Part shown: positions 44,169 to 53,234 of the stretch, in pieces | Position numbering within the stretch: the first letter of the stretch is position 1 | How the letters are laid out: every line of letters begins with the position of its first letter | Assembly (NCBI GenBank): GCA_030038125.1 | Contig: JASHPL010000454.1 | Coordinates: 2,261 to 66,260, forward strand | DNA: 64,000 nt | DNA from: Candidatus Sulfotelmatobacter sp. | GTDB lineage: Bacteria > Acidobacteriota > Terriglobia > Terriglobales > Acidobacteriaceae | Direction: 5' to 3' | The notes under the pieces: generated by a model | Database searches by the model: none | What the model was told of the DNA's origin: nothing | The model's input: only the letters and a program-made list of their open reading frames with translations | Made by a program: the position numbers and the translations under genes

Positions 44169-44636
44169 ATGGACAACCCTTTCATGGCGCGCGCGATTCA
44201 ACTGTCGATCGACAATGTTCTCTCCGGCCAGGGAGGACCGTTTGGCGCGGTCATCGTCAAAGACGGCGGCATTATCGCCGAAGGAGTAAATTCTGTAACC
44301 ACCAAAAACGATCCCACCGCGCACGCCGAGGTTGTCGCCATTCGTCAGGCATGCAGCAAGATTGGGAACTTCGCCCTCCGCGGATGTGAAATTTACACGT
44401 CATGCGAGCCGTGTCCGATGTGTCTTGGCGCGATCTATTGGGCGCATCTCGGGGCCGTTTATTTCGGCAATGTTGCCGTTGAGGCATCTTCCATTGGATT
44501 TGATGATTCTTTTATTTACCGCGAGTTTTCTCAGCCCGCCGGCCAGCGGTCAATTCCCATGCGGCAGATAATGCATGAAGAGGCGCGGGCTGCGTTCCGC
44601 GCCTGGCAGGAAAAACCGAACAAGATTCCGTATTGA
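44169..44636 (+). CDS. guaD: guanine deaminase (cytidine-deaminase-fold nucleoside/nucleobase deaminase)
   Basis: 155 aa from the ATG at 44169. 'GGPFGAVIVKDG', 'DPTAHAEVVAIRQAC', 'SCEPCPMCLGAIYWA' (H-A-E / PCxxC zinc site). The purine-cluster context suggests guanine as the substrate. Confidence 0.75.
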   Translation: MDNPFMARAIQLSIDNVLSGQGGPFGAVIVKDGGIIAEGVNSVTTKNDPTAHAEVVAIRQACSKIGNFALRGCEIYTSCEPCPMCLGAIYWAHLGAVYFGNVAVEASSIGFDDSFIYREFSQPAGQRSIPMRQIMHEEARAAFRAWQEKPNKIPY

Positions 44637-44704
44637 GTGTGGGACGGGCGCTCCCGCCCGCGAAAGCTTTGTGTCGACCGTAATAATGGTCGCGTAACGT
44701 TGGA

Positions 44705-45790
44705 GTGGGAATGAATTTGGACAAATCCGTACTGAAGAAAGTTCCAAAAGTCCTGCTGCACGAGCATCTGGATGGCGTGCTTCGCCCGCAGACGATTATC
44801 GAACTCGCTCGCGCAAATAAGTACCAGGATTTGCCCACCACCGATCCGGAGGCCCTGGCGCAATGGTTTCATCAGGGCGCGAATCAGGGCAGCCTTGCCA
44901 AATATCTCGAGGGATTCAAGCACACGATTGCGGTCATGCAGACCGAAGAAGCGCTGGAACGGGTTGCGTTCGAGCAAGCCGAGGACTTGAGCAAAGATGG
45001 AGTGGTTTATTTCGAGAGCCGTTTTGCCCCGCTGTTCCACACGAAAAATGGACTCACCCATCAGCAAGTCGTGTCCGCGGTGCTGAAGGGATTGGCGCGC
45101 GGGCAACGCGATTTCGGAGTGCGGTCGGGTTTGATCATCTGCGCCATGCGCAACATGAACGTCTCGCTGGAGATGGCGGAACTGGCAGTTGATTTTCGCG
45201 CTCGCGGGGTGGTCGGCTTCGATCTCGCGGGCGAAGAAGGCGGTTATCCGCCCAAGAAACACGTCGACGCTTTTCATTACATTCAGCGCGAGAACTTCAA
45301 CATCACCGTTCACGCGGGCGAGGGCTTCGGAAAGGAGTCGATCTGGCAGGCGATTCAATATTGCGGGGCGCACCGCATTGGCCACGGAACGCGGCTGATC
45401 GACGATATTGCAATTTCCGGCGGCAGAGCGACCAAACTCGGCGATCTGGCCCAATACGTTCTTGATAAGCGAATTCCTTTGGAGATTTGCCTGCTCAGTA
45501 ATGTGCACACAGGTGCGACTCCGAGCCTGGAGCAGCATCCTTTCAAGATTCTGTATCAGGAAAAATTCCGTGTGACGCTGAATACCGACAACCGCTTGAT
45601 GAGCAACACCAGCATGACGCGGGAATTCGAAGCCGCCGCCGAAACCTTCGGCCTCACCCTCGATGATTTTGAGAAAATTACGATTAATGCCATGAAGAGC
45701 GCGTTCCTGCCCTATAACCAGCGGATTGATGTCATCTACAAAGTGCTGAAGCCCGCATACGCCGCCATTCGGCAAGGGATGGCTGGGTAG
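44705..45790 (+). CDS. add: adenosine deaminase
   Basis: 'PKVLLHEHLDGVLRP', 'VVGFDLAGEE', 'ITVHAGE', 'HRIGHGTRL', 'VTLNTDNRLMS' are the canonical ADA metal and catalytic motifs. GTG at 44705 or ATG at 44711. Confidence 0.9.
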   Translation: MGMNLDKSVLKKVPKVLLHEHLDGVLRPQTIIELARANKYQDLPTTDPEALAQWFHQGANQGSLAKYLEGFKHTIAVMQTEEALERVAFEQAEDLSKDGVVYFESRFAPLFHTKNGLTHQQVVSAVLKGLARGQRDFGVRSGLIICAMRNMNVSLEMAELAVDFRARGVVGFDLAGEEGGYPPKKHVDAFHYIQRENFNITVHAGEGFGKESIWQAIQYCGAHRIGHGTRLIDDIAISGGRATKLGDLAQYVLDKRIPLEICLLSNVHTGATPSLEQHPFKILYQEKFRVTLNTDNRLMSNTSMTREFEAAAETFGLTLDDFEKITINAMKSAFLPYNQRIDVIYKVLKPAYAAIRQGMAG

Positions 45791-46084
45791 TGTTCCGGCC
45801 GTTCGTGGAACGACTTCGGCACTTGTCATTCTGAGCCACCGAAGCGAGCGAAAAATCTATGAATTTCAAAGCCAGCCGCATAGTGTCCTCTCTCGAAAAT
45901 TAAGGGCGGGTGCCCTCGCCCGTCCGGCCGAGCGAAACTCGGCGGCGACATGCCATTTTTCATCCTCGATTCTGAACCTGCGCCCATTTCGAACTTTGTG
46001 GTTCATGAGCGCACTGCCGAAAGCAATAAATGCCGAGCCATGCGAAAAACCTGCAATTTTCTGCAAAACTAATTTCCCTAAAAA

Positions 46085-46114
46085 TTGACAGACTCGAACA
46101 CCCGTTCTTAAGAT
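46085..46114 (+). promoter_or_regulatory. sigma70-like promoter candidate for the ABC operon
   Basis: TTGACA (46085-46090), 18-nt spacer, TAAGAT (46109-46114). About 70 nt upstream of the ATG at 46182. Confidence 0.35.
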
Positions 46115-46181
46115 AAGTGCATCCCACAATTTAAGCTGGTTTGGCCCAACGTTGAGACTCTCGCGTTGTGCGCAAATACAT

Positions 46182-47174
46182 ATGATCAAAGTCAAAGATC
46201 TCACCAAACGTTACGCGCGCACGGTTGCCGTCGATCAAATCTCATTCCAAGTCGAAAAAGGCCAGATCGTTGGCTTCCTCGGTCCAAACGGCGCCGGTAA
46301 AACCACAACCATGCGCATTCTCACTTGTTTCCTGCCTCCCTCGGCGGGGACGGCGAGCGTGGCCGGATTCGACGTGCTTGAGCAACCTCTCGAGGTCAAG
46401 AAGCGAATCGGCTATCTGCCAGAAACGCCGCCGATCTATCCCGAAATGGAGACGCTCGGCTATCTGCGCTTTGTGGGCAAGCTGAAGGGCTTATCGGGCG
46501 CGGATTTGGAGAAGCGTGTCGATTACGTGTGCGAGCGCTGTGCGATCGCCGATGTCAAAACGAAATTGCTGGGAAAGCTTTCGAAAGGATATCGGCAGCG
46601 CGTCGGCCTGGCGCAGGCTATTATCCACAATCCCGACGTGCTGATTCTCGACGAACCCACGGCCGGCCTCGATCCCAAACAGATCAATGAAACGCGCGAT
46701 TTGATCAAGGATCTGGCGGGCGAACACACGATTATTTTGAGCACCCACATTCTTCCCGAGGTTGAACAGACCTGCGAGCAGGTGATCATCATCAACAAGG
46801 GAAAACTGGTGGCCACGGACTCCGTCCGCAACCTGCGGGCGAGGGCCCGCGGTGCGGAGTCGGTTCTGATCGAAATCGCCGGACGCACCGGACCTCTGGA
46901 CATCCCGGTTGTGCAGCACAAGTTGCAGCAGGTCGCGGGCGTGAGCCGCGCGCTCTGCAAACAACAATCCGACAGTCAAGCCGTTTTTGAAGTTGAAAGC
47001 GAAAAGGGGCGCCTGGTGCGCGGCGATCTGGCCCGCGCGGTCGTGCAGGCGGGATGGGATCTTAATGAACTCCGGCCCGCGGCCATGACCCTGGAGGAAA
47101 TCTTCCTCCAGCTCACCGGGACCGAAGCCCCAGCAGAAGAGGAAAAAGTTTTAGTGGAGGAATCGCATTCATGA
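46182..47174 (+). CDS. ABC transporter ATP-binding protein (ABC-2/GldA-type)
   Basis: 'GFLGPNGAGKTTTMRIL' (Walker A), 'LSKGYRQRVGLAQA' (signature), 'VLILDEPTAGLD' (Walker B). The ATG at 46182 gives MIKVKDLTKRY. Confidence 0.9.
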   Translation: MIKVKDLTKRYARTVAVDQISFQVEKGQIVGFLGPNGAGKTTTMRILTCFLPPSAGTASVAGFDVLEQPLEVKKRIGYLPETPPIYPEMETLGYLRFVGKLKGLSGADLEKRVDYVCERCAIADVKTKLLGKLSKGYRQRVGLAQAIIHNPDVLILDEPTAGLDPKQINETRDLIKDLAGEHTIILSTHILPEVEQTCEQVIIINKGKLVATDSVRNLRARARGAESVLIEIAGRTGPLDIPVVQHKLQQVAGVSRALCKQQSDSQAVFEVESEKGRLVRGDLARAVVQAGWDLNELRPAAMTLEEIFLQLTGTEAPAEEEKVLVEESHS

Positions 47175-47938
47175 GAAATGCGTGGATCATTTGCCGCAAG
47201 GAACTCGGCAGCTACTTCGCTTCCCCGGTGGCATACCTTCTGCTCACCATGTTCGGGCTCATCTTCGGCTATTTTTTCTGGACCGCACTTCGTTTCTTCG
47301 TCTTTGAAGGCATCGAGATGCAGATGCGCGGGCAGTCGTTCCCGATGAATATCAATGAGCAGATCATCCGGCCGCTCTTATCCAACGTGAGCGTCATTGG
47401 ATTGTTTTTCATTCCTATGATCACCATGCGGCTGTTCGCCGAGGAAAAACGCACGGGAACGATCGAATTGCTGGCCACCTCTCCGGTCCGCGATCTGGAG
47501 ATCATCGTGGGCAAGTGGCTGGCCGCGCTGATTATGTACTCCTGCCTGCTCCTGTTCACGGCTTTGAATTTTGCCTTCCTATTTCGCTACGGCAATCCGG
47601 ACTGGAAGCCGCTTCTGATCGGCTATCTGGGCTTATTGTTGCAGGCCGGAGCGCTGTTGGCGATTGGAACGTTCATCTCGACCCTCACCAAGAATCAAAT
47701 CATCGCCGGAGCGGCCACCTTTGGCGTTTGCATCCTGCTCTGGGTTGTGGGATGGATGGGCGAATTCGAAATGTCCACCTGGGCGCGGGTGTTTTCTTAT
47801 CTTTCTGTGGTCACCCACTTTGAGTCCTTCGGCCGAGGCGTGATCGAATCGAAAGACGCAATCTTTTATGCGGCCATGATTTTCATCGGATTATTTTTTA
47901 CCGCGCGCTCCATGGAATCGCTGCGCTGGAGGTCATAG
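47171..47938 (+). CDS. ABC-2 type transporter permease (GldF-like)
   Basis: 255 aa, 6 TM segments. 'FAEEKRTGTIELLATSPV' motif typical of ABC-2/GldF permeases. ATGA overlap with the ATPase gene. Confidence 0.8.
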   Translation: MRNAWIICRKELGSYFASPVAYLLLTMFGLIFGYFFWTALRFFVFEGIEMQMRGQSFPMNINEQIIRPLLSNVSVIGLFFIPMITMRLFAEEKRTGTIELLATSPVRDLEIIVGKWLAALIMYSCLLLFTALNFAFLFRYGNPDWKPLLIGYLGLLLQAGALLAIGTFISTLTKNQIIAGAATFGVCILLWVVGWMGEFEMSTWARVFSYLSVVTHFESFGRGVIESKDAIFYAAMIFIGLFFTARSMESLRWRS

Positions 47939-49315
47939 ATGCCAAGCCAATGGCTTAAGGCGAGACAAACCAAGTACGTCGCCTACGCGACCAGCTACAT
48001 TTTGATCGTCGTAGCCGTAGTGGTGATCGCCAATGTACTCGCCAACCGTTACAACAAGTCGTACGACTCGACTTCGAACAAGCGTTATAGCTTGTCCGAG
48101 CAGACGGCGAAGATCGTTAAGGGTCTCAACCAAAATGCGACCATCACGTACTTCAACCAGAGCACGCGCTTCCGTGACGGCAAAGACCTGCTCGACGAAT
48201 ACGCCAATTTGTCACCCAAGGTCCACGTTGAATATGTCGATCCGGACAAAGATCCTCAACTGGCCCGGGAAGCGGGAATTCGCGAGTTTGGCACCGCGGT
48301 GGTGCAGATTGGCGCCAAAAAAGAAACTGCCAAGAGCATGAACGAGGAAGGCATTACCGGAGCCTTCATCCGAGACCTCAAAAACACCACGCGCACGGTT
48401 TGTTTTGTGCAGGGCAGCGGCGAACATCAACTGGACGAGAGCGACCGCGAGGGGCTCTCCCATTTCAAAGATCTGCTCGGCAAAGACGACTATGAAACCA
48501 AGAGCCTCGACTTGCTCACCAAGGCCGAAGTGCCCAGCGATTGCACAACGTTAGTGGTAGCGGGGCCGACGCGCAATTATGAACAGCCGGAAGTGGACGC
48601 CATCAAGAAATATGTGGAAGGGGGCGGACGCGCGCTGGTCATGCTGGATCCGCCGCTGAAGCTTGGTCAATCGGAAATTGCCGATAATGACGGGCTCACC
48701 AGTCTGCTCGAGAGCTGGGGCGTGACCGTGCAAAAGGATTTGATTCTTGATTTGAATCCGATCGGACAAATCGCCGGACTCGGTCCGCAGGTTGCGCTGG
48801 TCACGAGCTACGGCTCGCAGCCAATCGTCAGCGAAATGAAGGGAGAGGCAACCGGCTTCCCGCTTTCCAGATCGCTGGAGATCAAAAGCACCGATAAGAC
48901 AAGCGTGGAGAAGATGTTCGATACCTCCAGCAGCAGTCTGGCCACGCATAATCTCAGTTCGCCGTCGGTGAATGTGAACGACCCCAAGAATACGAAAGGT
49001 CCGCTGACGCTCGCCGCGGCGGGAACGTACAACACCGGCAAGGACAATTCGCAGGGACGTTTCGTGGTCGTGGGCAGTTCTTCGTGGGCCGCGAATCGCT
49101 TCATCAATTTCAATGGCAACAGTGATCTGGCCTTGAATGCGATCAACTGGCTGGCATCGGACGAAGACTTGATCTCGATCCGGCCCAAGCCGCCGGAGGA
49201 TCGCCGTATCACCATGACCGGAGCGCAGATGAGCTGGGTCGTCATCACCAGCCAGTTTCTGCTTCCGGCGATCGTTGTGCTTGGTGGCGTCGCCGTTTGG
49301 TGGAAGCGGAGATGA
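47939..49315 (+). CDS. GldG-like ABC transporter auxiliary component (ABC_transp_aux)
   Basis: 458 aa. N-terminal and C-terminal TM anchors (YVAYATSYILIVVAVVVIANVL; WVVITSQFLLPAIVVLGGVAVWW) around a large extracytoplasmic domain. Immediately follows the permease gene (TAG then ATG). Confidence 0.75.
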   Translation: MPSQWLKARQTKYVAYATSYILIVVAVVVIANVLANRYNKSYDSTSNKRYSLSEQTAKIVKGLNQNATITYFNQSTRFRDGKDLLDEYANLSPKVHVEYVDPDKDPQLAREAGIREFGTAVVQIGAKKETAKSMNEEGITGAFIRDLKNTTRTVCFVQGSGEHQLDESDREGLSHFKDLLGKDDYETKSLDLLTKAEVPSDCTTLVVAGPTRNYEQPEVDAIKKYVEGGGRALVMLDPPLKLGQSEIADNDGLTSLLESWGVTVQKDLILDLNPIGQIAGLGPQVALVTSYGSQPIVSEMKGEATGFPLSRSLEIKSTDKTSVEKMFDTSSSSLATHNLSSPSVNVNDPKNTKGPLTLAAAGTYNTGKDNSQGRFVVVGSSSWAANRFINFNGNSDLALNAINWLASDEDLISIRPKPPEDRRITMTGAQMSWVVITSQFLLPAIVVLGGVAVWWKRR

Positions 49316-50658
49316 AGCAGGGAACCCTTGGGTTTGAAGCTATGAAACTGCGTAGTCTGATTCTTGCAACCGTCGTACTGCTCGCGCTTGTTGGCACTCT
49401 TTACTGGTCGGAGCATCGCAAGCCTAAGGACGAAACCGTTTCCGCCGACACCAGCCCCTCCATCCTTAAGCTGGACCAGGGAACGATCACCGGCGTCGAA
49501 CTGAAAAAGAAAGATGCGGAACCCGTCGTCCTGTCAAAAGGCGATTCCGGTTCATGGAAGATTACGGAACCGAAACCATTCGGCGCGGACCAGGGCGCGG
49601 TCTTAGGCATGCTGTCTGCCCTGTCTTCTTTGAATTCCGAGAGAGTTGTTGAAGACAAAACTTCCGATCTTAAACCCTACGGTCTCGAGCCGCCGGCGCT
49701 CGAAGTGGACGTCAAGGAAAAAGACAAAAAGAGTCAGAAGTTATTGCTTGGCGACGACACGCCCACCGGAAACGCAGTTTATGCCTCCCTGGCGGGAGAT
49801 CCAAGAATCTTCACGATTCCCAGCTACAACAAGACCAGCATCGATAAAAGCGTGAACGATCTTCGTGACAAGAGGTTGATCACGCTGGAGCCGGACAAGA
49901 TCAGCCGCCTGGAGCTGGTTAGAAATAATCAGACGATTGAGTTCGGACGGAACAAAGATGAGTGGCAGATATTGAAGCCCAAACCGCTCCGCGCCGACAG
50001 CACCGAGGTCGGAAACGTTGTGCGGAAACTGACCGATGCGCATATGGATCTCAGATCATCGAGTCAAAACGAGAAAGAAACCGATTTCGCAAAAGCCACT
50101 CCAGTCGCGACCGCAAAGGTGACGGACGAGTCGGGCACCCAGGAACTTCAGATCCGCAAAAACAAAGATAACTACTATGCCAAGTCCAGCGTGGTTGATG
50201 GCGTTTACAAGGTCGACTCCGATCTAGGGACTGCTGTCAACAAGGGTCTGGACGAGTTCCGCAACAAGAAGATCTTCGATTTCGGATACAACGATCCCGA
50301 TAAAGTCGACATAAACTCCGGTTCCAAGCAATACGATCTGAGCAAGGGTGGCACGGATTGGTGGTGGAACGGCAAGAAGATGGACCCGGAAGATGTCGAG
50401 ACCTTGATTGCCAAGTTGCGCGACTTGCAAGCGAATAAGTTTGTCGACTCGGGATTCGCGAATCCGTCCATGCAGATTTCGGTCACTTCCGACAGCGGCA
50501 AGCGAGTGGAAAAAATCTCCATCGCTAAATCCGGCAGCGATTACCTCGTGCAGCGCGAGAATGATCCCACGCTTTACCAGTTGGAGGCCAGCTCAATTGA
50601 CGGATTACAGAAAGCCGCGGCTGATCTAAAACCGGTAGCGGCACCCGCAAAGAAATAA
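49312..50658 (+). CDS. DUF4340-like anchored periplasmic protein
   Basis: About 448 aa. Anchor LILATVVLLALVGTLYW, then a K/D/E-rich beta-type domain. The position after a gldG-like gene is the usual DUF4340 context. ATGA overlap at 49312; the ATG at 49342 is an alternative. Confidence 0.6.
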   Translation: MKQGTLGFEAMKLRSLILATVVLLALVGTLYWSEHRKPKDETVSADTSPSILKLDQGTITGVELKKKDAEPVVLSKGDSGSWKITEPKPFGADQGAVLGMLSALSSLNSERVVEDKTSDLKPYGLEPPALEVDVKEKDKKSQKLLLGDDTPTGNAVYASLAGDPRIFTIPSYNKTSIDKSVNDLRDKRLITLEPDKISRLELVRNNQTIEFGRNKDEWQILKPKPLRADSTEVGNVVRKLTDAHMDLRSSSQNEKETDFAKATPVATAKVTDESGTQELQIRKNKDNYYAKSSVVDGVYKVDSDLGTAVNKGLDEFRNKKIFDFGYNDPDKVDINSGSKQYDLSKGGTDWWWNGKKMDPEDVETLIAKLRDLQANKFVDSGFANPSMQISVTSDSGKRVEKISIAKSGSDYLVQRENDPTLYQLEASSIDGLQKAAADLKPVAAPAKK

Positions 50659-51106
50659 GCTCCGAGTCGCAATCGAGAGCCATCAAACCCTCGTGTTTCT
50701 GTGATCTTTTGCAACAAGCTTCTGTAATATTCTGCAACAGGCTCGTCGGGAAACCCCTGGTTGTCTCCCGCCTCTAGATTCAAATCACCTCATTCTGTGA
50801 CTGGCGTCACTGATGCCATTTTCGGCATCAGGCATAAACGCTGCATTCGGCCCGATTTACGTGAGCGGTGAATGACCGCTCGGGGAGGAAGGTCGAGGGA
50901 CTGAGTCGCAGCGCTCTCTGGGAGTGCAATTCATTCACGCATCATAAGTTTTCCGGCTATTCCACCAGATCGCTTGTCCCGCTCAATCCTCGTTTTCTTC
51001 CCCAGCCGGATAACAGACCGAAGTTGCGCGTCCAAATGCGGTGCTGTCGCCAAGGCAGAGCCCGGGCGACGCTAGCAGGCCCATCCCTGTCCACGGAGGC
51101 TTGTCC

Positions 51107-52303
51107 ATGAAGACAAGCGAGAAAGAGCTTATTGCGGTTCACCTTCGCAGAAGTGGCGTATCCCGCCGAAGTTTCCTGCAACTTTGTTCCACGCTCATGG
51201 TGGCAGCCCCGGTCGGGTTGAGCCTGACTAGCGGATCCAGCCTGGCGCAGGTGGCCCGAACCATCGGGAAGACCCGGCGGCCATCGGTCATCTGGCTGCA
51301 CTTTCAGGATTGCACCGGATGCACCGAGACTCTACTCCGCACTTCTGCGCCCGACGTCGCCCATCTGATTCTCGATGTTATCTCCCTTGACTATCACGAA
51401 ACCCTGATGGCCGCTTCGGGAGCGCAGGCGGAGGCCGCACTCCGCTCAGCGATCGAAGACAACGCCGGAAAATACGTGCTGGTGGTGGAAGGCGCGATTC
51501 CAGCGAAAGACGATGGCGTTTTCATGCAACTGGCCAGCCGCCCGGCAATTCAGGTTGCAAAAGACGTCGCTTCCCAGGCGGCGGCAGTGATCGCGATTGG
51601 ATCGTGCGCTTCCTGGGGCGGGGTTCCATCCGCCGATCCCAATCCTACGGGCGCGATGGGCGTCGATTCTGTGATCTCAGGAAAGCCCATCGTCAATCTT
51701 CCCGGTTGTCCTCCCAATCCCTACAACTTGCTGGCGCTGGTTTTGGAGTACGCGACGATGGGGCGATTGCCAGAGCTCGACGAGTTTCATCGCCCCAAGT
51801 TCGCCTATGGACGGGTCATCCACGAAAATTGCCCGCGCCGCGCGCATTTCGATGCTGGGCGGTTTGCCACCGCTTTCGGCGATGAAGGACATCGCCAGGG
51901 CTGGTGCCTCTACAAACTCGGATGCAAAGGGCCAGTCACGCACGCTTCCTGTTCAACCCGGCATTTCAACGAGATTCCCGGGGTGTGGCCAATCGGAATT
52001 GGCGTGCCCTGCCTGGGTTGCACGGAGAAAAATGTGGTGTGGAAGATGGGAACCTTCGAGACCGTTCCCATCCATCTGGCAACTCCTCCCGATACTTATC
52101 CTCCGATTTACAGCACGGCGGGAAAGTTCAGCATGGGTGCCGCAGGACTGGTGGGCGCGATCGCCGGAGCTGTGGGCGGCGCGGCTTGGGTGGCTTCGCA
52201 GCGTTTCCAGAGCAGCACGGAAGCTGGGGTGGCACGGGTAGCCACCGACATCGCGCACGCAGAAAAACTCAAATCGAAACCGAACGACAAGAAAGAGGCC
52301 TGA
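51107..52303 (+). CDS. [NiFe] hydrogenase small subunit, Tat-exported, C-terminal TM anchor
   Basis: Tat leader 'SRRSFLQLCSTLMVAAPVG'. Cluster ligands 'WLHFQDCTGCTE', 'GSCASWGG', 'PGCPP', 'HENCPRRAHF', 'GWCLYKLGCKGPVTHASC', 'PCLGCTE'. C-terminal helix AAGLVGAIAGAVGGAAWVA. Confidence 0.9.
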   Translation: MKTSEKELIAVHLRRSGVSRRSFLQLCSTLMVAAPVGLSLTSGSSLAQVARTIGKTRRPSVIWLHFQDCTGCTETLLRTSAPDVAHLILDVISLDYHETLMAASGAQAEAALRSAIEDNAGKYVLVVEGAIPAKDDGVFMQLASRPAIQVAKDVASQAAAVIAIGSCASWGGVPSADPNPTGAMGVDSVISGKPIVNLPGCPPNPYNLLALVLEYATMGRLPELDEFHRPKFAYGRVIHENCPRRAHFDAGRFATAFGDEGHRQGWCLYKLGCKGPVTHASCSTRHFNEIPGVWPIGIGVPCLGCTEKNVVWKMGTFETVPIHLATPPDTYPPIYSTAGKFSMGAAGLVGAIAGAVGGAAWVASQRFQSSTEAGVARVATDIAHAEKLKSKPNDKKEA

Positions 52304-52304
52304 C

Positions 52305-53234
52305 GTGGCCATCACTCGTCGAGAACTGTTCACTCGAGTTGGGAAAGGTGCGGTACCGGCTGCGGTAGCGGCCACCGTCGGCGTTGACACCCTTCAGGCC
52401 GCCGAGCCAATTCCCGTTCCCAGTGCCGCGGTCGGTCTGCTCTATGACGCCACTATTTGCATCGGCTGCAAAGCTTGTGTGGCGGCCTGTGCCGAGGCGA
52501 ATGACACGCCGGCCGACACGCGGCGTGATTTCCTGCATCAGGCGCCAACCGATTTGAATGATGTCACCCGCAACATCATCAAGCTGTACAAGCCCGAAGA
52601 CGGCTCCGAGTTTTCCTTTGTGAAACGGCAGTGCATGCACTGTCTTGATCCCGCATGCGCCGCCGGCTGCCCCTTCCAGGCCCTGCATAAGGATCCTGAA
52701 ACCGGCGTGATCGGCTGGACGCCCGAGAAGTGCATCGGCTGCCGTTACTGCACTATTACCTGTCCGTATCACATTCCGCGATTCCAGTGGGCCGGGTTCA
52801 ATCCCCGCGTAACCAAGTGCGAACTGTGCCGGCATCGCTTGGAGCAGGGTTTGAAGCCCGGGTGCACAAGCGTGTGTCCGACCGGGGCGGTGATCTTCGG
52901 TCCGCGACCAGTGCTGCTGCTCGAAGGCAAGCGGCGCATTCAGAGCAATCCCGGCCGCTACTATCAGGATCGCATCTACGGCGAGCACGACAACGGCGGC
53001 ACACAGGCCCTCTATCTGTCGCACGTCGCCTTCGAAAAATTGGGGCTGCCCGAACTCGGGCCGGAATCGGTTCCTGCCAGAACCTTGCGCTGGCAGAGGC
53101 GTTTCTACCAGTACTTCGCCCTGCCGGCCGTCTTGTATGCAGGGCTGGTGCAGGTGATCCGCAAGAGCATCAAGGGCCATGAAGAGGAAGCCCATGAACG
53201 CGAGAAACGAACCGGATTGAGAGCCCAACTATGA
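52305..53234 (+). CDS. HybA-like Tat-exported 4x[4Fe-4S] ferredoxin-type electron-transfer subunit
   Basis: Tat leader 'ITRRELFTRVGKGAV'. Motifs CIGCKACVAAC, CMHCLDPACAAGCP, CIGCRYCTITCP, CELCRH...CTSVCP. C-terminal TM FALPAVLYAGLVQVI. Confidence 0.85.
   Translation: MAITRRELFTRVGKGAVPAAVAATVGVDTLQAAEPIPVPSAAVGLLYDATICIGCKACVAACAEANDTPADTRRDFLHQAPTDLNDVTRNIIKLYKPEDGSEFSFVKRQCMHCLDPACAAGCPFQALHKDPETGVIGWTPEKCIGCRYCTITCPYHIPRFQWAGFNPRVTKCELCRHRLEQGLKPGCTSVCPTGAVIFGPRPVLLLEGKRRIQSNPGRYYQDRIYGEHDNGGTQALYLSHVAFEKLGLPELGPESVPARTLRWQRRFYQYFALPAVLYAGLVQVIRKSIKGHEEEAHEREKRTGLRAQL

Noticed and set aside
45866-46207. 113-aa minus-strand ORF in the add/ABC intergenic region.
   Set aside because: It has no motif, spans hairpins, the repeat-like sequence and the promoter-like AT-rich segment, and overlaps the ABC ATPase start. 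It is likely non-coding.
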